A stretch of DNA of 64,000 bases from positions 620,001 to 684,000 of the forward strand of contig CAVNZM010000010.1 of the NCBI GenBank assembly GCA_963693365.1, in the 5' to 3' direction. Numbering within the stretch: position 1 is the stretch's first letter; each line of letters starts with the position of its first letter. The notes below the pieces were generated by a model, which saw only the letters and a list, made by a program, of their open reading frames with translations, ran no database searches and was not told the DNA's origin. Shown piece after piece: positions 14,010 to 27,551 of this stretch. A program made the position numbers and the translations under genes. This DNA comes from Amoebidium appalachense. Its lineage: Eukaryota > Protista > Ichthyosporea.

Positions 14010-14545
14010 GGTTACTTCCGATTTTTGTTCTGCCTCGACGGTTCGGTCTGGCCGCCCCCTACAACTTGAAGCCATCACCCCAGACCACGTCAAGCAGCAC
14101 CACCAATTTGTTATCATCCGGCCGCAAGACATGACGTCATGAACAGCACCGGCCCTCTGACGTCGACGGCGCGCCGCTTGGGCATCCCGGCCCAACGTTC
14201 AAGTGGGAGACCGATCCGAGTCACCGGCCACAGGGTTCGGGTCAGCGTCCTGGTCATGGGGTCTTCCCTTTCAAGTCTTTATGTTTGTGTATGTGTCCCG
14301 GGTCGCTCCCGGCTGGTGCTGTTAAAGTGAGCTGTGCTCACTTCCCCACTAGCGTTGCTGCGGCTAGAACCGTGGGATAAAGGCGTAACTAAAAATAGTG
14401 CCAGTAGGGGTCAATTAGAATCCTGACTTATGAGTGTGCTATACCGTACGATCTGTGTCTACTGTAGGCGGAAGACGGTAGGCTCCCCCGAGGCAGTGCC
14501 TCGCTGGGAGTGAAACGGGATAAATAAATAGATAAATAATTAATT
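14010..14545 (+). mobile_element. Probable transposon remnant (GC-rich, hairpins, TAAA-type tail), possibly DIRS/Ngaro type
   Basis: GC-rich island with hairpins aagtgagc-tgt-gctcactt and ctccc..gaggc-agt-gcctc..gggag, ending in taaataaatagataaataa. The peptide ARRLGIPAQRSSGR only weakly recalls a tyrosine-recombinase C-terminus. Confidence 0.3.
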
Positions 14546-14786
14546 AAAAAATGCTTTATTATTTGCCTTTATAAACATCTTTAACCAAGCTAAATTATTG
14601 TTACACACATACAATAGGTGCCGTACTGCACGTATCATAATAAGTATCATGAGTAAAACGCTAAATAAAAATTACACCAATTCAATCACACTGAAAGTTA
14701 AAATTGATCCTTCGTTAAACACACACGACACGTCCAACATATTTTTTTTAATCAAGTTTGACATTTGTGGGGATCATCATCCAGCC

Positions 14787-14906
14787 CTACCACCTACTGA
14801 GGCGGTGTCTCCCTTTTCTTTCTTTCTTTCTTTCTTTTTTTTTTTTTTTTGCGCCACAAGTAGATGTATAACGTCGCACGTGCGGCAACACGTCAGTACG
14901 TGTTAG
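14787..14906. mobile_element. MULE-like MITE copy 2 (9-bp TSD)
   Basis: Same termini as copy 1, different TSD catccagcc at 14778-14786 and 14907-14915, so an independent insertion. Confidence 0.8.
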
Positions 14907-14924
14907 CATCCAGCCTGCTGTCCA

Positions 14925-15010
14925 ACCAATGAGCACCTAAAGTGAGTTTGTTGATGATAACAGCGAAAAGAAAAAAAACACACGGCCAGGACCACCTGGC
15001 GGGTATATAA
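14925..15010 (+). promoter_or_regulatory. CCAAT box + TATA box of the secreted Cys-rich gene
   Basis: ccaat at ~14926 and tatataa at 15004-15010, ~120 nt upstream of ATG 15129. Confidence 0.55.
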
Positions 15011-15128
15011 GTAAGCAAACATCTACCAAAACTGCAACCACATTCTGCCTGGTCATTTCATTAGGTGCAAGCGAACACGAAGTCAACACCAAAAACGCCT
15101 TTACTTCGTTCAGCAGCTTGCAAGCACA

Positions 15129-15764
15129 ATGAATCCCGCATCCCTTCTCGCGACTTTCGCTGGGCTCTTTGTCCTTGTCTCCCTCGCGGCGGCCGAATGT
15201 GACGATTGTATGGTGAAATGTTTTGCCTGCGACCCTGCACAACATGGAAACTGTCAGGTCATCCGCACAAAACTTCGTACTAGCAATGGCTGTGTCGACC
15301 ACAAATTCGAGTACTATGGTAGTAATTCTCTCCAGGAGGTTATCAGCGCTGCACCCGGACTCCGCTACTTGGGCTATGCCTTCGCCTCTCAATGTGGTGG
15401 TCTCTTCGGATGCAGCATATGCTCTGAGCTCGAAGGTACAATTCGCTGCCAGAACAAGTACGGCCAGACACTCCCAAGCGGAGAGGTGGTGCTTGGCGGG
15501 TGCGACACCATTGATGAATACGACTATCGAGGCAAAGCCTACTGTGCCGATAGCCCCGAGAAAAGGGAGCAGATGGTAAGAACGGCGTTCGAGCTTGGCG
15601 AGATTCCGTTCATCGACCAGCTGACAGCAAAGTCCTTTGAGGGCGAAGAAGGTTACAAGTACGGATCCGAGTCGCGCCACCGTGCCTACGGAAAGCGTCG
15701 GTTCCCTGCGCGTGTGCCCGTGCAGAGAGAGGACGCTCGAGACTACTATGAGGATGACGAGTAG
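15129..15764 (+). CDS. Secreted cysteine-rich protein of unknown family (211 aa, single exon)
   Basis: Signal peptide MNPASLLATFAGLFVLVSLAAA, 12 Cys in the mature region, complex coding-like sequence, upstream TATA, aataaa-like signal after the stop. Confidence 0.85.
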   Translation: MNPASLLATFAGLFVLVSLAAAECDDCMVKCFACDPAQHGNCQVIRTKLRTSNGCVDHKFEYYGSNSLQEVISAAPGLRYLGYAFASQCGGLFGCSICSELEGTIRCQNKYGQTLPSGEVVLGGCDTIDEYDYRGKAYCADSPEKREQMVRTAFELGEIPFIDQLTAKSFEGEEGYKYGSESRHRAYGKRRFPARVPVQREDARDYYEDDE

Positions 15765-16708
15765 TGTGTAGGTGTGTTATAAATCATGTTGAATCTTTGT
15801 ATGTTGAATTTAAGTGCTATTTTTACATTGATCTATTGTGCAACAGCCTTTGTTGATTCGCTAGTGTAAGCCTTTAATAGGCCTCAGTGTATGTGTTCTG
15901 CAGGTTCTGCAGGGTCGAAGTCTGGAAAATTGTCCTTAGTACGTTGGGCCGCGTGTTGCATTTTAGGAGTCTCTGAGTGTAAGGAGGCCGCTTGATGCTC
16001 CCCACTGTTGCAAAGCCGGGGGAAAACAGGCTCAGGGCAGGTCTGACTCAATGTATATTATTATCCACGGAGGCAATTCATTCTAAACATAATTCCAGTT
16101 AGGAACCACAAAAGAACTGCTCAAAAAGGGCAGAGTTTCATATGATCCGGGGGCAGAACACTGTCGAAGATGAATGAGATTCATTGACTGTCTGAAAACT
16201 ACCCGTAATAAAGGATGAAAATTCTGACATGTTAAACCGTTCTTCGAAGAATTGCAATCGGATACACAATGGCACCTTTGCCACTCCAAGCACATGTGCA
16301 TCTATCCCCCTCTCCCCCCCCCCCTCCCCCCCCCCCTCCCCCCCCCCCCCCCCCCCCCATCCACCCTTACCCCGGGACTTCCTCTTATTGAGTTTCCTCT
16401 CTTCCCCTCAACTAATATACCAATATTACCAATACAAGATACCAATATCCCCCCCCCCCCCCCCCCCCCCCCTCCTCTCCCTAGCATATGAATCGTTACG
16501 GCACCTGTCATCCAACCCAATCATCCGATATTAAGTTAATCGGCCGCACTGAGCTGGCTTACTAAGCTTATAGCCTCACTCCTGCAATGGTTCTATCAAA
16601 ATTTCCCTTTTCTGTTCAAATCTTAGCCTGCCCCATTCAAGTCAACTATTTCATGGAAAGCTAATGATGCTGTCAGGTGGGAAGAGAATAAGGAAGGGAG
16701 GGTGGTGT

Positions 16709-16751
<43 letters not shown>

Positions 16752-17107
16752 GTAAACTACACCAGCCTTCCGATCCCACAACCCTACCTCTCACCCCATG
16801 TTCGTGCCTCTGAGATAATCTTCTTGGATTAGCCGTTTTCAAGTCAGTGGTACGGGTTCAAAATGATTACGTACTACTGGGCCCCCCCTAGTTCCCCCCT
16901 CTCCCCCTCCCCCTCACCTCACACACACACAAACACGCACGCACGCACGCACGCACGCACACACGCAGACACCGTGAGCAACCACGCTCAGGACAACTCT
17001 CCCTAGCAGAAAAAACCATACACTGTTGCCGCACCGGATCTCGTTGCTCCTAAGTCTCTGCCGGCTATCTGCTTCCTTGCAGTACCCCCCCCCCCCTCCC
17101 CCCCCCC

Positions 17108-17139
<32 letters not shown>

Positions 17140-17521
17140 TGGGTGTCTGCCGCCCCAGCTTCTTACTACACTACTGTTGCTGCCTGCTGTCACCTTACTA
17201 CGAGCTTCCCGTATTAGTTGTCACATAATATTGTAGAAGTGGGGTGCTGGTTTTCAGAACCCCGAAACCTTTACCGAGCTTAGTTGCGTGCATCATCAAT
17301 TCAGGGATTCAACTATCATGTGGCTCCCGTCAGCCGCATTCCCCCTACACACACAACTTACCTTCCCATGCTCCGGACCACTTTCCTTAACAGGACAAGT
17401 AAAGTAAAATATGCCAGTTCGTCGCAGAACAGTTCCCTTAACTTATAAAATACGGCATCTATAAGTTTTTTGGTACCCAGGGCCCCATTCTTCCCCCCGG
17501 GCCCAACAACACACACACCGT

Positions 17522-17608
<87 letters not shown>

Positions 17609-17619
17609 ACTCACTCACT

Positions 17620-17666
<47 letters not shown>

Positions 17667-17671
17667 TCACT

Positions 17672-17710
<39 letters not shown>

Positions 17711-17831
17711 ACACGCACACACACACGCATTCACACACACAACAAAAAAATAACAAAAAAACTGGAAATGGCACTAAAATTGAGACGAAATGGTTGCTTT
17801 TTACCACCTTCCCCCCCCCCCCCCCTCCCCC

Positions 17832-17909
<78 letters not shown>

Positions 17910-18127
17910 AAACACACACTTACCGTGATGCCTGAACACCCTATTCGACAAGTAACGATCATTAATTGGGGAGGGGACATGGGCCTCAAATTCTCCTTTC
18001 CCATCATTCCCCTTTTCTGTTTTCATCTTGTCTGGATTTAAATTTGTTTATTCAGTAGTTTCAAAGGCCACCTTCAGCAAACAGAAATTCAGATCAACGA
18101 CTTGTGGTATTCCCCTCCAACTCGCTC

Positions 18128-18290
18128 CCGCCATCACATTCGCGATGGTGCCCAGACAATGTGAGCACGAAGGAATACCGGTAGCTGGGCAACGATCCCT
18201 GATTATAATTATCAGTGCTGGTGTCATTGCAGCACACAAGTGGTGAATACAATTTGGTTGCCCCCAGCCATCCCCAGAACTTTGAAATAT
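18128..18290 (-). ncRNA. Putative structured-RNA family copy B
   Basis: Minus strand: ggctgggggcaac ... gtgctg-caatgacac-cagcac ... gttgcccagctacc ... tgtgatggcgg. Confidence 0.5.
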
Positions 18291-18532
18291 ATCCCCCCCC
18301 CCCCCCCCCCCCCCCCCCCTCCCTCCCCCCCCCCCCCCCCCCCCCCCCCCCCGGAACCCCCTTACCCCCCCCCTCAACCCCCTTACCCCCCCCCTCAAAA
18401 AAACAAAAAAACTGTAATAAACATCCACACACATCCACCCCATCCTCCTCGGACCACACCGTGCCCCCCCCCCCTCCCCCCCCCCCCACCCCCCCCCCCA
18501 CCACCATCACCACCATCACCACCACCACCAAA

Positions 18533-18589
<57 letters not shown>

Positions 18590-18644
18590 CACACATGTGC
18601 ACACACACATCCACACATTCACCCCATCCTCCTCGGACCACACG

Positions 18645-18676
<32 letters not shown>

Positions 18677-18710
18677 CACCACCACCACCATCACCACCAC
18701 CACCACCACC

Positions 18711-18829
<119 letters not shown>

Positions 18830-19215
18830 ACGCACACGCACACGCACACGCACACGCACACGCACACATGTGCACGCACACATTATCAACACGATTCACT
18901 CAGTCTAAAACACACAAAAGACTAAGAAATCACATTTTATGGGCCCAGTTATTCTAGACGTATCTGCAACATCATTTCCACATGTGCAGCTGATAATTAT
19001 CATCATTGAGTGTTCTTTTCACTGTTTGTAAAGATGCACACGTGCTGTTTAAGCAACACACGGTGACGTGACTGTGTGACCGCAAACAAGTTACAAATAG
19101 TGAAGAAAAGGTATCGTAAGAGCTTAGTTTTGAGGGCACCTTCTGGTCACCAGATGTGTTCTTTCTTTATTTCTCTTATCATTCTCGCTCTCAAAGCGAG
19201 ATGGTGTTGGGGAAG

Positions 19216-19247
<32 letters not shown>

Positions 19248-19265
19248 AGGGGCATTATGTACAAA

Positions 19266-19468
19266 GTGGTCTTTAGCAATAGTCGTGGGGCAACACAGTG
19301 CGACCATGCTTGAGCTGCTGCAATGATATCAGCAATAGAATCGAGCCCGGATGGTTCCCCAGCTCAAGAATATTCCTTTGTGCCTAATTATGGGCCGTTT
19401 TTGTGACCTTGATTGTGGGTCTGCCAGGGAAGCCACATAAATCTCCGCCAAACCTGCAGGAACCGGCA
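19266..19468 (+). ncRNA. Putative structured-RNA family copy C
   Basis: ctttagcaatag; tggggcaac 19286-94 / gttcccca 19354-61; tgctg 19316-20 / cagca 19330-34; gattgtggg 19411-19; ctgcaggaaccggca 19454-68. Confidence 0.55.
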
Positions 19469-19527
19469 AAAAGGAAGATCAGTACCATGGAATATCATAC
19501 CTTTTCAGTGTTCAAGGCTAATGTCAT

Positions 19528-19561
<34 letters not shown>

Positions 19562-19901
19562 GCTCCCCTCCCCCTCCACTCCCCCCATCCCTCCCCACAC
19601 ACCCCCTCCCCCCCATTTGGGCAACCATTACCAGTCAAAAACTTTCTTCACGTGTTGTGTGGAAGGCGGACGAGAGAGAGGTAAGGAGGGATTTGGGGGT
19701 GGAATGAAGTAAAAGAACCGGGGCCGAGAGAAAGCAGTCACTAGGGGGAATCGTTAAAGGGACCTAACTCAGAGCCTCGTGTACGTGTCTTGCCTTTCCT
19801 TTTTCTTTTCCTTTTTCATTTTCGAATTAGTAGTTTCTTTTTCTTTTCTTTTCTTTCCCTTTTTCTTTCTTTCTTGTTTTCTTTCTTTCTTTTGATTTCT
19901 T

Positions 19902-19996
<95 letters not shown>

Positions 19997-20003
19997 TTGG
20001 GAG

Positions 20004-20034
<31 letters not shown>

Positions 20035-20507
20035 AGGGGGGGGGAGAGCGGCAGCAAGGTATACGTAGCAGATAGCCGACGCGGACTTTGGAGGACTGAT
20101 GTTTTGGCCCGAGGTACAGCATATGGTTTGTCCAGTAAGGGTTACTCCTACACACTGATGGTATGTCTGCACGTACACACATCTTCCTTCTGATATGCAC
20201 ACTCACACATTTGCACGCGCACACGCACATACATGCACCAATGCACATGCAGATGCACAATTGACGGTCAGTGGGCACGCTTGCACCCACAATCTTACTG
20301 CTGCACATGCAGCGTAAACACCGACTCCGCACATGTACACACATTTGTATGAACGGATGCAGCCAGGTTACGTGCAAAATTAAAAACAGGCGGGCTGCAG
20401 GGAGGACCGTGCCGGGGAGGGGAGACACGGGGGAAGGAGGGGGGAAAGGGGAAAGGTGGTGCGCGAAGACACGGGGGAGGAAGTGGGGAAGGAAGGGAGG
20501 GGTTGAG

Positions 20508-20541
<34 letters not shown>

Positions 20542-20881
20542 GGAGGGGGGGAAGGGTATTAGGGTTACTGCAGGCGAAGGATCGGGCAAATTTGTTTGTC
20601 GTTTTCTTTTTTTTTTTTGAAAAAAGAAGAGGTTATGGAGAGCTTAACAGATGGTCTGTCACTTAAAGTGCTTTGACACTGCGCGACTGCGCGCGTACTT
20701 GAAGCAGCTTCAAAGGCAAGTTGCAGCGTGCATACATAGCTATTGGCGTGCTCTTGCACGTCTTGCTTGGAAGGGGAAAGAGAGAGTAGGGGGGGACAAG
20801 AGGAGTTGAAGCGAGAAGCTAAGACGGCAGGGGGTGAGGAAAAGGGGTGGGGGATCCTTGCTACTCCCCCCCCCCCCCCCC

Positions 20882-20919
<38 letters not shown>

Positions 20920-21968
20920 AGCACATGAAAACAGAGGACTCTTCTATGCTTTCTAAACCGTGCGGCACTTGCCTCACTCCACTATTAATCCCCCCCCCCC
21001 CCCCCCCCCTCCCCCCCCCCTCCCCGCTCCCCCCCCCCCCCCCCCCCCCCCCCCCCACCCCCCTCCCCTTCGCCCCCCCCAGGCGCCCCTGCCCCGCAAG
21101 AATCTGATGTTGGTACATTTTCCACAAGTAATGGGTTTCAGGTAGTACGTAATATGAGCCTTGGGCGATTTGCCATTTGAGAGTGGCAGGAACCATTATC
21201 ATGATTATCTCAGTTTTGTTGCGCCCAGTCTTTCACGGCATATCTGCACTACAAGAATTAGAACGACGTGCAACTTCCTTGTGACCACATAGTGTTGCCC
21301 AAACCATATGTATAATGCTCATTCACAAATACATACACATGGTTGCAGATTTTCATGTATCCAAGCCAGCGTAAAAGCGACAATTATCTCCGAGCCGGAG
21401 TAACAACATTGAACTATGTACAAATCTCACCTCTGAGACCCCCGCCCCCCATGCAGCATGCTAGTTATTTGGGCTTTTCCCTGGTCCCGTTTATCTCTTT
21501 TTGCTCATTAAATTTGCCGCGTACATAGCAAAAAATATACACAAACACACCTATCAGATTCCGGCTTTACACCCACAACCTCAGTACGCACACTGTCTTG
21601 CTGTATAAACTGTGACACGTACCCGATATGTGCAAATATACACACGTAAGCGACTTAGTAATAAAAATGTATTCGCATCTGCAGACACTCACGCAGCCAC
21701 ACGTGCACTGTGCACATTACATTCGGTGTTGGGAAAGTATTTTTCCCTCTCCCCCCCCTTTTTTCTTTTTTGAATTCGGGGGAGGGGCCCCCAGGGGGGG
21801 GGGGGGGGGGGGAGGGGGGGGGGGGGGGGGGATGATAAACTGCCTACGGAAATATACCCCCCTTAACTAGCAAGTTCATGCTATGCAAAGTTACTGCCTC
21901 CTACATTGCACTTCAACTGACCAGAAGCACCAGCAAACAGAGTCGTTACCCATCAAAATCTTTCGGAA

Positions 21969-22148
21969 CCCACAATCACAATCAACGGATTTGCTATACA
22001 GCCTCTGGTGGGAGAGATTACATCCAGTGGGTGACCACTCAGACCAAACCGTGCTATAAAAGCAAGCCAATAGTCGATTACCGATGTAGCGTGCCCACAT
22101 TCCGAATCGGGAGGCAAGTGTTTGGTCACTTCACAGTAGTTGCCGAAT
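21969..22148 (-). ncRNA. Putative structured-RNA family copy D
   Basis: Minus strand: ttcggcaac, gtgacca ... tgct-tttat-agca ... tggtcac ... tgtgattgtggg. The outer helix differs from other copies on both arms but still pairs. Confidence 0.55.
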
Positions 22149-22681
22149 GAAGGTTAAACAATCAATGTTACCCCCCACCCCCCCCCCCCCCCCCCACATC
22201 CCCCCCTACATGTTTCCTTCCCCTCCCCACTCCCCACGTCCCCCCCCACCCCCCCACCCCCAGACACACACACACACATGCGCGTGCACGCGCACACAAG
22301 TGCACAAACCATGCGGCCAGGCTGCCCACCAACTTGAAACCGGGCCAAGGGGACTATGCCGTTTGTACATGTAGATATTGGTTATGAGGGTACACTGTCA
22401 TAGAGTTCACCGTACTTTGTTGGCACATGCAAATCCATCATCCATCCGGCAAGCCTGAACATTGGCACAGTCCATCGAATTTGTGGCTGCATTTTTCTCT
22501 GTGATGTAAACGGCATGTACTTGCTGGTCCGGACCGGGTCCTGGCATTCTCTTCAAGCTGTATTGTTTGTTTTTTTTGCAAGCCGATCTATTCATTGCAA
22601 AAGTATTCTTTCCAAGCCATCACTACAAAATGCCCACAAACCAGACACACCGGCACTATAGCGCCCAATAAAAAGATGCTT

Positions 22682-22844
22682 CAACAATCACACAGACAGG
22701 AGTCATGAAGTAACCCTAGCCCGTATGAAATCCATCAGTCAGGCGACCACCCCATGCTAACGTGCTGTATTTATAGCACGTTTGTTCTCCCAGGCTGCAC
22801 GTTGTGCAAGTCCTTTGGTCGTCCCTGGTTTGCTGCTGGAATAC
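22682..22844 (-). ncRNA. Putative structured-RNA family copy E
   Basis: Minus strand: ttccagcagc, caggga-cgacca ... aacgtgct-ataaatac-agcacgtt ... tggtcg-cctg ... tgtgattgttg. Confidence 0.55.
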
Positions 22845-23092
22845 TTTATGAATGCCCCCCTCCCTCTTCTTCTACCCTACGTCCCCCTCCCCCCCCCCCC
22901 CCCAAAAAAAAAAATAAAAATAAATAAATAAAAAGAAAAAAAGAAAAAAAGAAAAGAAAAAAGAAAAAGACGAAAGTAAGAAAGAACATGAAGACTAATG
23001 ACTTTCCTGTAGCATTGTATCTGCGCCTGCCCTAGCCCTCTTTAAGTTGCTTTATCCGCCCCTCTACATGGCATGATATGTGTGACTCCCCC

Positions 23093-23123
<31 letters not shown>

Positions 23124-23142
23124 ACCCACCCACCCACATACA

Positions 23143-23233
<91 letters not shown>

Positions 23234-23438
23234 GCGCAACGTCAGTGTGAAGGCCCTTGTTGACATGACATAGTAACCATCGTCCATCATAACGGGGGAC
23301 GTTGGTTTCAACTGCTTTTTCTCCATCTTTCCATTCTGTTGGTTTAATCTGGTTTGGTACTATTTTGCACCGTATATCCCACTCTGACCACACCGTAAGA
23401 AATGAATCAAAATTTGTGGTGCCGAGAGTTTTCTCCAT

Positions 23439-23590
23439 GCCACAATCACAACGGTTACCTCAACGATAACCACACGACCTGAGCATGAATAAATTCCAGT
23501 AGCTGGGCAACCACCCGAAATAAACGGTGCTGATATCATTGCAGCATCAAAGGAAACAGCTTGCCGGTCGCCCACAACTGCTGCTGAAAA
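23439..23590 (-). ncRNA. Putative structured-RNA family copy F
   Basis: Minus strand: ttcagcagcag, tgggcgacc ... tgctg-caatgatat-cagca ... ggttgccca (one G-U), ctactggaa ... tgtgattgtggc. Confidence 0.55.
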
Positions 23591-23734
23591 TTCTTTTGTT
23601 TGCCCCCCCCCCCCCCCCCCCCCCCTCCCCCCTCCCCCCCCCCCCCCACCCCCCCCCCCAATAAAAAAAAAACAAAAGGTCCCCAAGAAAACTCACCCAC
23701 CCCACCCCATCCTCCTGCCCCCCCCCCCCCCCCC

Positions 23735-23777
<43 letters not shown>

Positions 23778-24554
23778 CCCCCCCCTCGCCCTGGCCCTCG
23801 TCCCCCACCCTATTGTGGCTGCCCGCTTGTCCCTTACAACCGGCTTCCTGGGGTGTAATTTTCACTTCACAACACACAAAACACTACCTGTTAGATCACG
23901 TTTAGTAGGCCTGTTATTTCAGAGCATATCTGCAAAGACCTTGAAATTTGTGTTAGGTAAGTCCGTACGAATGCCTAGGTATATGGAGATCGCTCACATA
24001 AACCGCTAAATAGTATTTGATAAATAGTCACTGAAATAGAAACATAAACCCAATAACCATGCTAACCCTATGTGTGTCTGGGGCCTAAATGGGGGGGCTG
24101 CCGCCCCTCCAACCCCCCGCTATAGGAGCCTAGTGGCCTCTTGTATGTCGCTCGGGGATCGAATCGTTCCCCCCTGATTCTACGTCATTGGATCGTGTTT
24201 TGTCCGATCGGATGCAACAGAATGCGAGAGAGGGTTTGTCGTACGGACTAATGTGCATTTCTGCCTGTGCTGCTGATTATGATGTGTTGTTTTCACTGTT
24301 TTGGAATTGGGAGCCTTGCTGCTACACCAATACCTCCCCCCCCCCCCCCCCCCCCCCTCCCCCGCCCCGACCCCTCCCCCGCCCCACCTAAAAAGACCTC
24401 AGGCTACGGAAAAAATCAAACCGCCAGGTCGTTTTCCTGCACTATTAGATCGTCTCTTCGGCACTTGTGTCTTTGCAGCATAAGTACCCGGGATTCTTGC
24501 TCCCCCCCCCCCCCCCCCCCCCCCCCCCCCACCCCCCCTCTCCCCCTCCCCCCC

Positions 24555-24587
<33 letters not shown>

Positions 24588-24672
24588 TGGGTTGATTGAT
24601 GGATGTGAAAGGTGTCCTGCAGGTGCATGGCCGTTATGGTGACGGAACGTTAAGTATGATTTGTTGAAAGGA

Positions 24673-24706
<34 letters not shown>

Positions 24707-25365
24707 GGGGGGGGGGGGGGGGAAGAGGGGAGGGAAGGGGGGGGGAAGGGGGAGAAGGCCATTATTAAAAAACTTTGAAGGTAAACTTTAATCATCCACG
24801 GCTTGAAGAAACTTATCATTCTCCGAAAAAATTTGCAGCTATAGAAAAATTGACCATGTGCGAATGTACAAGCAGACAAGCGCACGCACACGCGCCCGTG
24901 TGTGTGTGTGTGTGTCTGTGGTGTGTGCGTGCGTGCATGCGAGCAAGTGTGTAGGTCTGTGTGTTTACGTACTCATCATTTAGTAGCCTACTAATGAATC
25001 AGATTCTAAAATTCCTAAAAAATGTAGCAAAAATATGATATTTCTACAACTCCTAAGGATATGTAGCAATAGTAAGGTATATCGAAAGTCCAGAACCAAA
25101 GATCCAGAACCAAAGACCTAACCACAGCATCAATTTCCAACCTCACTTGCTAACCCTGGCTACAGGACAAGAAATTCATTTAATATATTAACTTGATAAA
25201 CTCGGCATACCGACAGTCATGTCATTTAAGAACTAGAGATAGGAAAAGTAAAATGAGCAAAAAGAAAATCATACCCATTCTTCAGCTTCGTATCCTAAGA
25301 AAAAGGCTCAAACGCAAAGAAAAAGATGAGTGGCCAGCCCGCCAATCGAGTGGCCAGCCCACCAG

Positions 25366-25903
25366 TCACCAGACATCCTCGCCATACATCTGTCCAATCA
25401 CGTCGCTGTATCTTTCACGAATCGCACTCCTCCGCACCTTCATACTGCCGGTCACCAGCCCACTTTCAGGCGTCCACATCTCCCCACACACCCACACAGC
25501 TGCTGGGATCTCAAACTTTGTCAAATTTGCGCTCTTCCCGGTTTCAGCCAATGACGCGCGCACAATCTCTCTCACTGACGAATCAGAGCACACCTGTGCC
25601 CAGGGGCGGTCGGTGTACAGACCAATCATATTGCAAGACTGGAGGAGGGCAGGAGGATTTGGGACAATCAGGGCCGTGCAGTAGTTTCGGGTCGGGTCGG
25701 CATGAACCATGACTTGGGCCACGTGTGGGTCGGAGAGGAGGACAGACTCGATCTTGCCCAGAGACAGATACTCACCCTGTGCGTGTGCGGGGGGGAGGGG
25801 TGGAGGGGGGGGGGGGGGGGAGAGGACTGGGGTGGGGGGGGGGGGGGAAGGGGAAGGGGATGGGGATGTGTGTGTGTGTCGGGGAGGTGAGAAGGGAGTG
25901 TGT

Positions 25904-25938
<35 letters not shown>

Positions 25939-26018
25939 GGGGGGGATGGGTGAGTGGGTGGGTGTTTGGGTGGGAATGGGTGGGTGTAGGTGGCTGGTGC
26001 GTGTGTGTGTGTGTGTGG

Positions 26019-26085
<67 letters not shown>

Positions 26086-26317
26086 GGAGTGTGTGTGGGT
26101 GGGTGGGTGGGTATATGTGGGTGTGTGGGTGTGTGTGGGTGTGTGTGTTGGGGGGGGGGGGGGGGGGGGGGGGGGGTATATGGGTGCGGATGGGTAGGTG
26201 TGTGGGTGTGTGTATGTGTGCATGTGTGGGCGTATGGGAGTGTGGGAGTGTGGGAGCGTATGCACGTGTGTGCGCGCATGCGTATTGACAAAAAATATAC
26301 GGGTACGTGCATGCATG

Positions 26318-26411
<94 letters not shown>

Positions 26412-26759
26412 GGTGTGTGTGTGCGTGTGTGTGTGTGTGCGTGTGTGTGTGGGTGCGTGTGTGTGTGTGTGCGTGTGTGTGTGGGTTTGTGACTTTGGTC
26501 GTGAGTGTGCGTCTAGACGTGGATGCTGTTACGGTAGTGGTGGTGGGAGAAATGTGTGTGAGAAAGTATGGAGGGAGGGGATTGGGGGGGGGGGATCAGG
26601 AGGGGAGAGGGGGGGTCTTCTGTTTGTGTGTGTGTGTATGCGTGTACGCGTGTAAATGTGCATGTATGTGACATGTGGGTGGGTGCGCTGTGGTGGTTTG
26701 TGAAGCTTGTGTGTGCTCCATGTGTAAACGTGTGTTTTTGTGTGTGTGTCACGGTAGGG

Positions 26760-26790
<31 letters not shown>

Positions 26791-27127
26791 GGGAAAGGGG
26801 AGGGGGGGAGGGGGCATAGGGGTGTCTATGTGAGGGGGGTTGGGGCAAAGAGGGGAGAAAGGGGGGGTCGGGTGGGAAGGGGGTGGGGGAGGGGGATTAA
26901 TCGAGTAATGAGTTGAGGCTGAAAATGCAGGGGCATAGAAACTACACTGCCATGTGTCTTATGCTGAAGAAAGAAAGAAAAAAGGGGAACGATAGGGCCG
27001 GGGGGGAAGGAGGGGGGAGGGGGGGGGGGGGGGTTGAAGGGACAGGGAGGGAGGGAGTGGCGGTGAGGTATTTGTGGGTGTAGTGAGACGGGTAACGGTG
27101 ATGTTGTGAAGGGCATCAGGGGCGGCA

Positions 27128-27160
<33 letters not shown>

Positions 27161-27520
27161 CTCGGAGAAGAATGGACCATAATCCAAGTTGGGTCGAATG
27201 AGAAGCTTTGGGCTACGAAAGCAAAACTGAATAATCCAATTTCTCTCTTTTTGAATCCTTCAAGTGGGGAAGATGTGCAAGGTTGGGTGTTTAGGGGCAG
27301 GAACGGGGGGAGGGGGGGAAGGGGGGGGGGGGGGGGGAGGGGGGAGGGAGGGAAGGGGAGCATGGAGGGAGGGGGGGGAGCAACGAAAGGAGTTTATGCT
27401 GGCAAAAGCATAAGCACAAAAAGAAACACCAAGGTAGAGAGGGAAGAGAAAAAGGTTCCGGGCAACACTTCTAAGTTTGTCATGGTCAAATGCACCGGGG
27501 GTGGTTAGGGGAAGGGGGAA

Positions 27521-27551
<31 letters not shown>

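Noticed and set aside
13454-14906. LTR/TRIM element bounded by two direct repeats
   Set aside because: Each repeat has its own TIRs and its own 9-bp TSD; no TG...CA ends, PBS or PPT.
14937-15680. 247-aa minus-strand ORF
   Set aside because: Antisense shadow of the secreted Cys-rich gene, which has the signal peptide and promoter.
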